The position numbers and the translations under genes are program-made. Source: Gemmatimonadota bacterium (GTDB taxonomy: Bacteria; Gemmatimonadota; Gemmatimonadetes; Longimicrobiales; Gaopeijiaceae). Taken from it: a stretch of 64,000 bases of DNA. The stretch spans positions 1 to 64,000 of the forward strand of contig JBDHHQ010000043.1 in assembly GCA_039589315.1 (NCBI GenBank), in the 5' to 3' direction. Below, piece by piece: positions 9,956 through 18,509 of the stretch (positions within the stretch are counted from its first letter, which is position 1; each line of letters opens with the position of its first letter). Below the pieces are notes generated by a model that made no database searches, was not told the DNA's origin, and was given only the letters and a program-made list of their open reading frames with translations.

Positions 9956-11053
9956 GTGGAGCCGACGCACTCCCGAACGCTGCCGGTCGCCGGTGTGCCT
10001 GCTCCGCTCAGGGGCCGGGGCGTCGCCCACGACCCTCCGAACCGCTTCGAACGCGTCCATGTGGAGCGTGACGGATGGACGGATCCCGAGGATCCCGCGC
10101 CCCGGACCCGGTTCCTGCGGGACCGCTCCCGCACGATCGTGGCGCGGAACCAGAGCCCGGACGTGGGATTCGACGTCAGCGTGAACCCGTACCGGGGCTG
10201 CGAGCATGGCTGTGTCTACTGCTACGCCCGCCCCAACCACGAGTACCTGGGCTTTTCCGCCGGCCTGGACTTCGAGACCAAGATCCTGGTCAAGGAGGAG
10301 GCACCCGAGCTGCTCCGCCAGGCGCTGTCGTCGCGCCGCTGGAAGCCTCAGGTGCTGGCGATGAGCGGCGTCACCGACCCGTATCAGCCCGTCGAGCGTC
10401 GCCTGGAGATCACGCGGCGCTGCCTCGAGGTGGCGGCGGAATTCCGCAACCCCGTCTCGATCATCACCAAAAACCACATGGTCACCCGGGACATCGACGT
10501 CCTTCAACGCTTGGGCCGACACGATGCAGTGCACGTCACCCTGTCGGTGACGTCGCTGCGCAGGAGCATCCAGCGCGTGATGGAGCCTCGTACCTCGATT
10601 CCGAGGAAGCGGCTCCAAGCGATAGCGGCATTGGCCGAAGCAGGCGTTCCGGTGGGCGTGAACGTGGCGCCCGTCATCCCGGGGCTCACGGACCACGAGC
10701 TCCCGGCCATCCTCGAGGCGGCCGCGGCGGCAGGCGCCAACCGCGCCGCCTACATCGTGCTCCGCCTCCCGTACGCCGTGAGAGAGATCTTCGAGGCTTG
10801 GCTGGAGCAGCACTTCCCCGACCGAGCGGCCAAGATCCTGAACCGGCTCGCGTCACTCCACGACGGGAAGCTCTACGACGGCCGCTTCGGCGTCCGTCAG
10901 CGAGGGAACGGTCCCTTCGCGGAGCAGATCCGCACGATGTTCGAGGTGACGTGCAGGCGGCTGGGGCTCAATCGGCCCGGCCTTGGTGAGCTGTCGACGG
11001 CAGCGTTCCGCCGGCCGGTAGCGAGTGGGCAGGGAGAGCTCTTCGACGGCTAG
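9956..11053 (+). CDS. PA0069-family radical SAM protein (spore photoproduct lyase-like)
   Basis: NPYRGCEHGCVYCYARP (CxxxCxxC), GLDFETKI, TDPYQP, EPRTS, C-terminal QGELF; GTG start at 9956. Confidence 0.92.
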   Translation: MEPTHSRTLPVAGVPAPLRGRGVAHDPPNRFERVHVERDGWTDPEDPAPRTRFLRDRSRTIVARNQSPDVGFDVSVNPYRGCEHGCVYCYARPNHEYLGFSAGLDFETKILVKEEAPELLRQALSSRRWKPQVLAMSGVTDPYQPVERRLEITRRCLEVAAEFRNPVSIITKNHMVTRDIDVLQRLGRHDAVHVTLSVTSLRRSIQRVMEPRTSIPRKRLQAIAALAEAGVPVGVNVAPVIPGLTDHELPAILEAAAAAGANRAAYIVLRLPYAVREIFEAWLEQHFPDRAAKILNRLASLHDGKLYDGRFGVRQRGNGPFAEQIRTMFEVTCRRLGLNRPGLGELSTAAFRRPVASGQGELFDG

Positions 11054-11073
11054 GCCGGTACTGGTCCGCACGA

Positions 11074-11838
11074 CTACACCTTCTTCTTCCGCAACGTGTG
11101 ATCCACGTAACGCCGCACGGCGTCCAGGACCTCGTCGCTGGCCCATGTGGCCGCGACGTCGGCCTCGGTCCCGTCGGACTCGGCCCGTCGCACCGCTTCG
11201 AGGCCGTGAGCCCGGAGCTGGCACTTGGTCAGACGAAACGTCTCGGCAGGGATCGCCGCCAAGCGATTCGCCACCTGCACCGCCCGCTCCAGCAGCACTT
11301 CGGGCTCCACCAGCTCGTTCAGGAGCCCTCTGGCGAGGGCCTCCTCGGGGAGGAAGGTGCGCCCGCTGTAGATCGTGTCATGCAGCAAGTGCGCCGGCGT
11401 CGCGAGGCGCATGGCTTCCACGGCCGCGGTGGGAAAGGGCACCCCGACAAGCAGCTCCGGTACTCCGATCCTCGACTTGCCCATGACCATGATCCGGTGG
11501 TCGCAACCGCAGGTCATGACGCAACCGCCGGCGATGGCGTGCCCATTCACCGCTGCCACGAGCGGCTTCGGGTGCTCGAGCAACGCATAGATGAACTCAC
11601 GGAGGACGCCGAGAAACCGAGCGACGTAGTCGCTGCCCCCGTCAACCAGGCTCAGCAGATCCACGCCGGCTGAGAAGATGTTGCCGCTTCCGGTCAGCAC
11701 CGCGGCGCCGGCCGACGACCGTTCTTCGGCCCGGAGCGCCACCGTCAATGCTGCAGTGAACTCCATGTCCAGGGCGTTGGCCCGCCCGTGGTCCATGGTC
11801 AGGACCGCGACCCCGTCCCGCACCTCTCGTCGAATCAT
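11074..11838 (-). CDS. Enoyl-CoA hydratase/isomerase-family protein
   Basis: GRANAL, FSAGVDL, VNGHAIAGG, GVPE. Confidence 0.9.
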   Translation of the reverse strand: MIRREVRDGVAVLTMDHGRANALDMEFTAALTVALRAEERSSAGAAVLTGSGNIFSAGVDLLSLVDGGSDYVARFLGVLREFIYALLEHPKPLVAAVNGHAIAGGCVMTCGCDHRIMVMGKSRIGVPELLVGVPFPTAAVEAMRLATPAHLLHDTIYSGRTFLPEEALARGLLNELVEPEVLLERAVQVANRLAAIPAETFRLTKCQLRAHGLEAVRRAESDGTEADVAATWASDEVLDAVRRYVDHTLRKKKV

Positions 11839-11932
11839 GAACGGCAACGTGCGTGTGCGTCCGGGCGTGCGAAAGCCCCGGCGCCGATCGAGGGTGCCGA
11901 GGCTCTCCGCGCCGGGGAATCGACCGGCTGGA

Positions 11933-13807
11933 TCAACCCTCGATGTACAGCCGGCGATTGCTCACCATGGCCTCGCGTCCCTGAAGCTGGACCTCGACGT
12001 AGATCGTGTATTCTCCCGGCTCCAGGTCCGGAAGTTGGAGATCGACGGAACGGAAGACCGTGCCCAGAGCATCCGGACCCGCGTCCTCCCAGCTCATCAG
12101 GACCGGCTCGCCATCCGGCTGGAGTAGCCCGAGGAACTGGCCGGCGATCCGTAGTATGCTAGGCGCACCCTGATCGAAGCCGATGGCCACCGTGGCCACT
12201 TCGCCGAGGCCGAGACCGTAGACTTCCCAGGCCAGGCGAATCGGCTCGCCCGGTCCGACGCGCACACCCTTCTTCGCGTGGGGAACGGCCTCGTCCAGCG
12301 TGTTGGGCAGCTCGCCCTCGGGCTCGAGCAGCAGCACGTCGGAGACCGCTGCGAGCCCGAGCGGAAGCGCGTTCTGGCCGACGCCATGACGGTTTCTCCA
12401 GCCAAAGCCGGCCGCTTCATTGTGGCCCTCGATGCTCAGGAGGTACTGACCCGGAGGCGCCATGTGGGTCAGCACGCCGAAGGCGCTTTCCCCCCGAGTG
12501 TCATGGATGGTGCCGTCCACAGCGGAGACGAGGAACAGTCCGGATTTCACGTCTCCGGACGTGGGGTCTCCTGCGTCCACGCGGGCCACGGCCGAGCCCG
12601 GCCCGAAGGGGTCCGGCCCCCCGAACGGCTGCTGCGGCGACGGCTGGCTGGCCTCCCTGACCGTCGCCCGACTCGGAGCGGCGGACGCAGGCTGGAAAGC
12701 CGCCACCACCAGCAGGGAGTCGCCGCGCCGGAAACGGGCCGTCTGGGCCTCGAAGGCGGCCATGTCCGGCGCATAGGGCGCTCTGTGTGCCGACCTGGGC
12801 TTCGCGGCTTCGATCTGCCAGAGGCCTTCGGGCGCTTCCGAGGGACGCTCGAGCACCTGCCCCGGCGGAACGTAGTCGATGCCGCCGGGCTCGTGGCGGC
12901 CCACGATATAGCGATCGTCGGTGGCCTTGAGTCCCATGCGCGGCGGCGGACGCTGGCGCTCCCACGCTACCTCGGGACCGTATCGGAGCGTGAGCTGGGT
13001 CAGGTCCTCCTCCCACTCCATCCCGAAGGGGTTCGCCGCTTCGGACTTGATGATGGCCAGGGTCCGACGCGCATAGTCGGCGGTCTTGCGGTCGTTCCCC
13101 TCCACCAGGTAGAGGGGATCCGCAAACAGCCAGAGCCGCTCATGCAGGGCTACCCACTCCTCGGCGGATGACGCTTCGTACAGCTCGCGGCCGTCACCGT
13201 CCAGGAGATAGCCAGGCGTCCGCCACCACTCCAGCCTGTCAGCCGGCATTTCGGCCATCGCCTCTTCGAACACCCGTTCCGCCTCCACGAAGGCGCCGCG
13301 GGCGTGGAACGTCAGGCCCACCAGAGCCTTGCACCACCACGGGTCGGCACCGTTGCAGCGGTTGGCCAAGACCTCGGCCTGAGACCAACGACCGCCCTCA
13401 CCCATGTAGAATACGCGCTGCCCCAGCACCCAGTTGTCGCCCGGGATCGACGAGCCGATGCCGTTGAGCGTGCGGATGAGCTCCGTCCGCGCCATGGTCA
13501 CCTCGAACGGCTCTTCCGGCATGGGGGTGTAGCCGTCCTCGTGACGGAAGCACAGGCGACCCACCAGCTCGTCGCACTGGTGGACTTCCATGTTGTAGCT
13601 CGGGGGGATCCTCGCCTCCCGGTAGCTTTCGAAGCGGGCCTGCTCGTGCTTGGCCTCCTCGTGCAGCGTCGTCGAATCCGGCGGTGCTCCCCCCTCCCCC
13701 TCACCCGACTGGGCTTCCGCCCGGGCCACCGGTACGGACAGAGCGAGCACCAGCGCGAAGAGCGATCCAGTGCGCGAGATCTTCTTCCCCGTTTCCATCA
13801 TGCCCAC
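11933..13807 (-). CDS. Exported hypothetical protein, TPR-like and GWxTD-like helical domain plus C-terminal beta domains
   Basis: Signal peptide (ARAEAQ), LW..ADPLYL..GNDR...YAR, LTLRYGP, C-terminal LEPGEYTIYVEV. Confidence 0.65.
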   Translation of the reverse strand: MGMMETGKKISRTGSLFALVLALSVPVARAEAQSGEGEGGAPPDSTTLHEEAKHEQARFESYREARIPPSYNMEVHQCDELVGRLCFRHEDGYTPMPEEPFEVTMARTELIRTLNGIGSSIPGDNWVLGQRVFYMGEGGRWSQAEVLANRCNGADPWWCKALVGLTFHARGAFVEAERVFEEAMAEMPADRLEWWRTPGYLLDGDGRELYEASSAEEWVALHERLWLFADPLYLVEGNDRKTADYARRTLAIIKSEAANPFGMEWEEDLTQLTLRYGPEVAWERQRPPPRMGLKATDDRYIVGRHEPGGIDYVPPGQVLERPSEAPEGLWQIEAAKPRSAHRAPYAPDMAAFEAQTARFRRGDSLLVVAAFQPASAAPSRATVREASQPSPQQPFGGPDPFGPGSAVARVDAGDPTSGDVKSGLFLVSAVDGTIHDTRGESAFGVLTHMAPPGQYLLSIEGHNEAAGFGWRNRHGVGQNALPLGLAAVSDVLLLEPEGELPNTLDEAVPHAKKGVRVGPGEPIRLAWEVYGLGLGEVATVAIGFDQGAPSILRIAGQFLGLLQPDGEPVLMSWEDAGPDALGTVFRSVDLQLPDLEPGEYTIYVEVQLQGREAMVSNRRLYIEG

Positions 13808-13918
13808 GTCGTCTCCGTCTCCATCATGCTTGTGTGATTCCCTTCCAACCGGCGCGCGCGTCTTCGCTGGCTCGTGTGGCCCGTTACTCGGTGACCTCGG
13901 TGCCTACGTGCCCGCGCG

Positions 13919-14908
13919 TCAGGCCGGGGCCATCCCCACTGGGTCGGCTTCCCTGTTCACCACCCCGTCGTTGGGGACCCAGTATGCGGGCCGCTGATGG
14001 CCAGAGGCGCCGTTCTCGAACGAATACAGGAAGTTGGTGAAGCCGAGGTCGTAGTCGGAGAGGCCGTTCTGCCCGGTGAGCTTCATGCGTTCGTCCATCA
14101 GCGTCTTCATGAACTTGCTTACCGACTTGTTCATGGATGACGAGACGGGCCAAAGGGCGTGGAACTCCTTGGCCAGCTCCGGACGCAGCTCCACCTCATC
14201 CACCAGCTCGTGGTACCGCTCGGCGCTGTCTCCGGACAGCACTCTGAGGCTTCGATGGAGCCGCTCCATGTTCGCGGACTGCACGAACGCGGGCTCGCCA
14301 GAACCGGCCAGCGCCATGTAGGCCAACGCCTGCGCATGCAGCTCCTTGAGGTAGCCCTTCCGGTGGCAGAACTCGTGGGCGATGACGTGTGGCTCGAAGA
14401 GGCCGGCGTCCTGCAGGATCGCCACGTCCCCGGAGATCACGTCGCACGTGCCGAGAGCGAAGGGGAACAGGAGCTTGGCCAGGGTGAAGCTCCGGATCTC
14501 GGTGCTCGTCTCGATGCGCTGGTTGGTGATCGCGGCCATGAACCCCGTGAGGTGCCGGTCCGCCTCGATCGCCGTTTCTTCCCGTGACATCTCCAGGGGC
14601 ACGTAGTGGTCGTTCAACCTGTTCGCCAGCACAGCAGCCTCTGCGCGACGCTCGTCCTCGGGCATGCTCTTCAGGTGCTTGACGTCGGCGCCGAACTCCG
14701 CGAGGAAGTCGATCTGCCGAGCGCCGGCCCGTTCGATCCAGTCCGCCAGCGCGCTACCTGCGTACATGCCCAGGGCGGCCACCTGGATCATCCGTCCCGG
14801 CACCGTGGCGCCGAGCAGCAGTCGTGTGGCCAGCGGCGCTGCCACCGCCAGATCCATCAGAGAGACCGGAGAGTAGGTGGCGGTGTTAGGGATCTTGATG
14901 GTTTCCAT
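13919..14908 (-). CDS. DUF3810-like putative zinc metalloprotease
   Basis: PHVIAHEFCHRKGYLKELHAQALAY (HExxH..G...E); upstream GGGAAGG RBS. Confidence 0.7.
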   Translation of the reverse strand: METIKIPNTATYSPVSLMDLAVAAPLATRLLLGATVPGRMIQVAALGMYAGSALADWIERAGARQIDFLAEFGADVKHLKSMPEDERRAEAAVLANRLNDHYVPLEMSREETAIEADRHLTGFMAAITNQRIETSTEIRSFTLAKLLFPFALGTCDVISGDVAILQDAGLFEPHVIAHEFCHRKGYLKELHAQALAYMALAGSGEPAFVQSANMERLHRSLRVLSGDSAERYHELVDEVELRPELAKEFHALWPVSSSMNKSVSKFMKTLMDERMKLTGQNGLSDYDLGFTNFLYSFENGASGHQRPAYWVPNDGVVNREADPVGMAPA

Positions 14909-15154
14909 GCGCCTTCCCCTGGGGCAGTCGACTCCCGTGACCGGGATCTACGAACGCGGGTTCTACACCAAAAGCCGAAAAGGGATCGCGCGGGTTGCAG
15001 ACCGCGGGCGGAGCCGGCCGAGGGCTTCGGGAGCGGAGGACTGGGAGCCCTGTTGGCGGAGTGACGTGAGTCGAGAAGCGGCCCGCACGACCGCGACACT
15101 CAGGGGTACCCACTCTCGTAGGGTACGGAGACCGCTGATCAAGGAGGATGCTCC

Positions 15155-15334
15155 ATGGCCAAGAGTGGCCGCAGCCGCGCCCCTCGGGACCGCCGGCGAC
15201 CCATTCGGTTTCCGAAGCCGCCGTGCTCGCCGAAGCTCCCGTTTCCGCCGGAGCCCGTGAAGCCCGCAGATCCAGGATGCTCGACGGGCCCGGATCCCCG
15301 CGAGCTCGTGAAGAAGCTGCGCCGGAAGCGGTAG
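15155..15334 (+). CDS. Small Pro/Arg/Lys-rich protein, 59 aa (not in ORF track)
   Basis: AAGGAGG (15141-15147) lies 7 nt before ATG. Translation: MAKSGRSRAPRDRRRPIRFPKPPCSPKLPFPPEPVKPADPGCSTGPDPRELVKKLRRKR*. Confidence 0.6.
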   Translation: MAKSGRSRAPRDRRRPIRFPKPPCSPKLPFPPEPVKPADPGCSTGPDPRELVKKLRRKR

Positions 15335-15460
15335 CCCCGGCCGCGTCCCGATCCACCCGCAGGTGGGCTGCCGTACGCCACACGTGTCGGCGTGCGCAGC
15401 ATCGCGCTGTTATCTTTTCGCGTTCCCTATCCGAGAGATCCACGACTCGAAAGGCGTTCC

Positions 15461-17668
15461 ATGAGCCTGTTCTTCTCCCGTCGGCCGGGCCGACGTCCCG
15501 GCGTAGTCGGCGGGGCCTTGCTGGGCCTGCTCGCGGCACCGACGGTGACCCTGGCCCAGATGCCCGACGCCGGGACCTCCGAGGTGCACGAAGCCGAGAT
15601 GGCCACGGTCGAGGCCGGTCCGTTCGACAACGGCAAGATGTGGACGTTCGAGTATCCGCCCAGCGGCTATTTCCAGGAGGCCTACGACCTCACGCCGGAC
15701 GAGGCCTGGTGGGCGAAGGCGCGTACTGCGGCCTTGCGCATCCCCAGCTGCTCCGCGTCCCTGGTCTCGCCCAACGGTCTGGTCATGACCAATCACCACT
15801 GCGCCCGGGAGTTCGTGTCCCAGGTCAGCCGTGAGGGCGAAACACTGCTGGACCAAGGCTTCTACGCCACTTCGCTGGAAGAGGAGCGCTCGGTCGAGGA
15901 CTTCACCGCCGATCAGCTCATCGACATCGTCGACGTAACCGACGAGGTCTACGCCGCGCTGGAGGGGATCGAGGACAATCAGGCGCGTTCCGCCCGGCGG
16001 GAGGAGATCACCGAGGAGATCGCCGCGCGCATCCGCGAGGAGCGCGGCGGCGAAGACGCCAGCATCGACGTCGAGATGATCTCGCTGTGGAACGGCGCCC
16101 GGTACTCGGCCTACGTCTTCAAGCAGTACACCGAGGTGAAGCTCGTCATGGCGCCCGAGCTACAGATCGGCTTCTTCGGAGGAGATCCGGACAACTTCAC
16201 GTTCCCCCGGTACAACCTCGACATGTCGTTCTTCCGCATCTATGAGGACGGGCAACCGCTTCAAACCGATACGTACTTCGAGTGGGACGACGACGGAGTG
16301 GTGGAGGGCGAGCCGATCTTCATCATCGGGAACCCAGGCTCCACGAGCCGGCTGCAGACCGTGGCCGAGCTGGAGTTTCGCCGCGACGCGGCTGACGCCG
16401 GCGTGCTGGCCTTCGTCCGGAGTCGGGCCGAGCTGCTCGAGGAGTTCACGGCGGCGCACCCGGAGGTGGCCGAAACCCTGGACCTACGGAACGAGGCGTT
16501 CAGCCTCCGCAACTCGGAGAAGGCCTACGGCGGCATTCTGAGGGGATTGAGCGACCCTGCGATCATCGCCCGGAGGGCGGATTCGGAGCGGCGCTTTCAG
16601 GAGGCGATCGAGGCGAACCCGGAGCTGGCCACGGAGTACGGCGGCTTGATCGAGAGACTGGCAGAGCTCCAGGACCAGAAGCGTCCCGAGGCCGGCGGCT
16701 ACTTCGCCTTCCTCGGCATGACCGCCCCCAAGTACGCTTCTGCCACGCTGCGCCGAGCCCTGTACGGCTTCCAGTACCTCCAGATGCAGGGGCGGGTATC
16801 CGAGGAGGCGCTTGAGGAGGTGAAGAACGAGTTCCTGGCGGTCGAGCAGCTGCCGCCGGAGCTCGACGAGGCCCTCATCCGCGCTCGCATCGACGATCTT
16901 CAGCTCGGGTACGGGGAAGACGCCCCTTTCCTCCAGGAGATGTTGGCCGCACGCACCCCCGAGGGACTGGCGGCGATCGTCCATCAGAGCTCGGTGCTCT
17001 CCGACTCGGCTGGAGCCGTGGCTGCCTTGGAGAACGGTATGCTGTCGATGGCCGATCCGGCCCTGGAGTTCTTCGCTGGCTTCCTCCGGCCCTTCGGCGC
17101 CTTCCAGACCGTGCTGGCCCAGACCGGCCCTGAGGAAGAGGAGATCGCGGCGGCGCTGGGGCGCGCCCGCTTCGAGGTGTACGGCACGGATGTTCCGCCG
17201 GACGCCACCTTCTCGCTGCGCATCGCGGATGGCGTCGTGACCGGCTACGAGTACAACGGCACACAGGCCCCCATCCACACCACTTTCTATGGGCTGTACG
17301 ACCGGCACTATTCCCACGGGGAGGACGAGGAGTGGGCACTGCCGGAACGCTGGCTCAGCCCGCCCGCCACCCTCGATCTTTCGACGCCGGTCAACTTCGT
17401 CGCCACGGCCGACATCATCGGCGGCAACTCGGGATCTCCGGTGCTGGATCGGGACCTACGGGTGGTCGGTCTCGTCTTCGACGGCAACATCGAGAGCCTG
17501 CCGGGCGACTACATCTACCTGCCCGAGCAAGGCAATCGATCGGTCTCGGTGGATGCCCGCGGCATTCTGGCCGCACTCGATCACGTATACGACGCGGACC
17601 GGCTCGTCGTGGAGCTCACCTCCGGGCAGTTGGTCCCGACGGAGGCGGAAGCGGACGCGATGCGGTAG
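15461..17668 (+). CDS. S46-family dipeptidyl peptidase
   Basis: Signal peptide, GKMW, CSASLVS, TNHHC, FGGDPDNF.FPR, PDATFSLR, DIIGGNSGSP, GLVFDGN. Confidence 0.93.
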   Translation: MSLFFSRRPGRRPGVVGGALLGLLAAPTVTLAQMPDAGTSEVHEAEMATVEAGPFDNGKMWTFEYPPSGYFQEAYDLTPDEAWWAKARTAALRIPSCSASLVSPNGLVMTNHHCAREFVSQVSREGETLLDQGFYATSLEEERSVEDFTADQLIDIVDVTDEVYAALEGIEDNQARSARREEITEEIAARIREERGGEDASIDVEMISLWNGARYSAYVFKQYTEVKLVMAPELQIGFFGGDPDNFTFPRYNLDMSFFRIYEDGQPLQTDTYFEWDDDGVVEGEPIFIIGNPGSTSRLQTVAELEFRRDAADAGVLAFVRSRAELLEEFTAAHPEVAETLDLRNEAFSLRNSEKAYGGILRGLSDPAIIARRADSERRFQEAIEANPELATEYGGLIERLAELQDQKRPEAGGYFAFLGMTAPKYASATLRRALYGFQYLQMQGRVSEEALEEVKNEFLAVEQLPPELDEALIRARIDDLQLGYGEDAPFLQEMLAARTPEGLAAIVHQSSVLSDSAGAVAALENGMLSMADPALEFFAGFLRPFGAFQTVLAQTGPEEEEIAAALGRARFEVYGTDVPPDATFSLRIADGVVTGYEYNGTQAPIHTTFYGLYDRHYSHGEDEEWALPERWLSPPATLDLSTPVNFVATADIIGGNSGSPVLDRDLRVVGLVFDGNIESLPGDYIYLPEQGNRSVSVDARGILAALDHVYDADRLVVELTSGQLVPTEAEADAMR

Positions 17669-17797
17669 CTCGGCCCGTTTCGGCCGGGCCGGTCGGCTCG
17701 GTATCTCCGACGAACAGACGCCCGGCCTCGCCGTTTTCGGACGAGGCCCCGCATCATGAGCGGCCGGCGCCGGGAAGGGCACGTGGCTCGGCCGGCC

Positions 17798-18442
17798 TCA
17801 GCCTCCCATGAGCCGGCCGAGCAAGAGCAGCACGACTCCCGTCCCCAGCGGCAAGGTGACGTTGTCGTCGAGGCTCCAGGGGATCCGTTCGACGACCGTG
17901 GCCAGCACGGCCGCCAGCAGCGCGTGCACGGGCGGGAAGAAGAACAGCATCACGGCAAGCGTCACCACGAGGAACGCGGTGGTCCCCCGCACGCTTCCGT
18001 CGCCGATCTTGATGCGGCCCCAGCGCCGCCCGACGTAGCTGGCAACCGGGTCGCCCAATGCCAACACGAGAATGCTGGCCTCGGCGATCCTCTGTGGGAA
18101 GAGCATCAGCGCCAGCAGGATACCGGCCGCGTACCACGTCGACGACGCGATCCCCCTTGCCTCCCGCGGCGACGCGAGCGCCGACAACGAGCGAAAGAAG
18201 ACCCGTTGGACCGAGGGCACGCGGAGCCGAACCACGTCCACCGCCAAAGCCCCGAGCAAGACCACGCCCAGGAGCAGGATCATCACTTCCCGGCTCACGA
18301 TGCCCAGCTCCAGGGCAGCGACGACCACGACGCCATTGGTGGCGTGGAACAACCGGCGCCACGGCTGGAGGCCCTCGGTGTTGCCGACCAGGCGCTCGAG
18401 CTCGGCGTCGTGGGCTCCGACGGGTGTCGCTCCCGCTTCCAT
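17798..18442 (-). CDS. CTP-dependent polyprenol/phytol/dolichol kinase-like membrane protein (cytidylyltransferase family)
   Basis: RRLFH, GDPVASYVGRRWG, SVRGT, LDDNVTLP, multiple TM segments; ATG 18442 follows GAGGAG. Confidence 0.8.
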   Translation of the reverse strand: MEAGATPVGAHDAELERLVGNTEGLQPWRRLFHATNGVVVVAALELGIVSREVMILLLGVVLLGALAVDVVRLRVPSVQRVFFRSLSALASPREARGIASSTWYAAGILLALMLFPQRIAEASILVLALGDPVASYVGRRWGRIKIGDGSVRGTTAFLVVTLAVMLFFFPPVHALLAAVLATVVERIPWSLDDNVTLPLGTGVVLLLLGRLMGG

Positions 18443-18509
18443 GGCTCTGTTCTCCTCACGTGGTGCGTGAAGTGTCACGATGCGACCGACTCGCGCGGCG
18501 CGCACCCCA

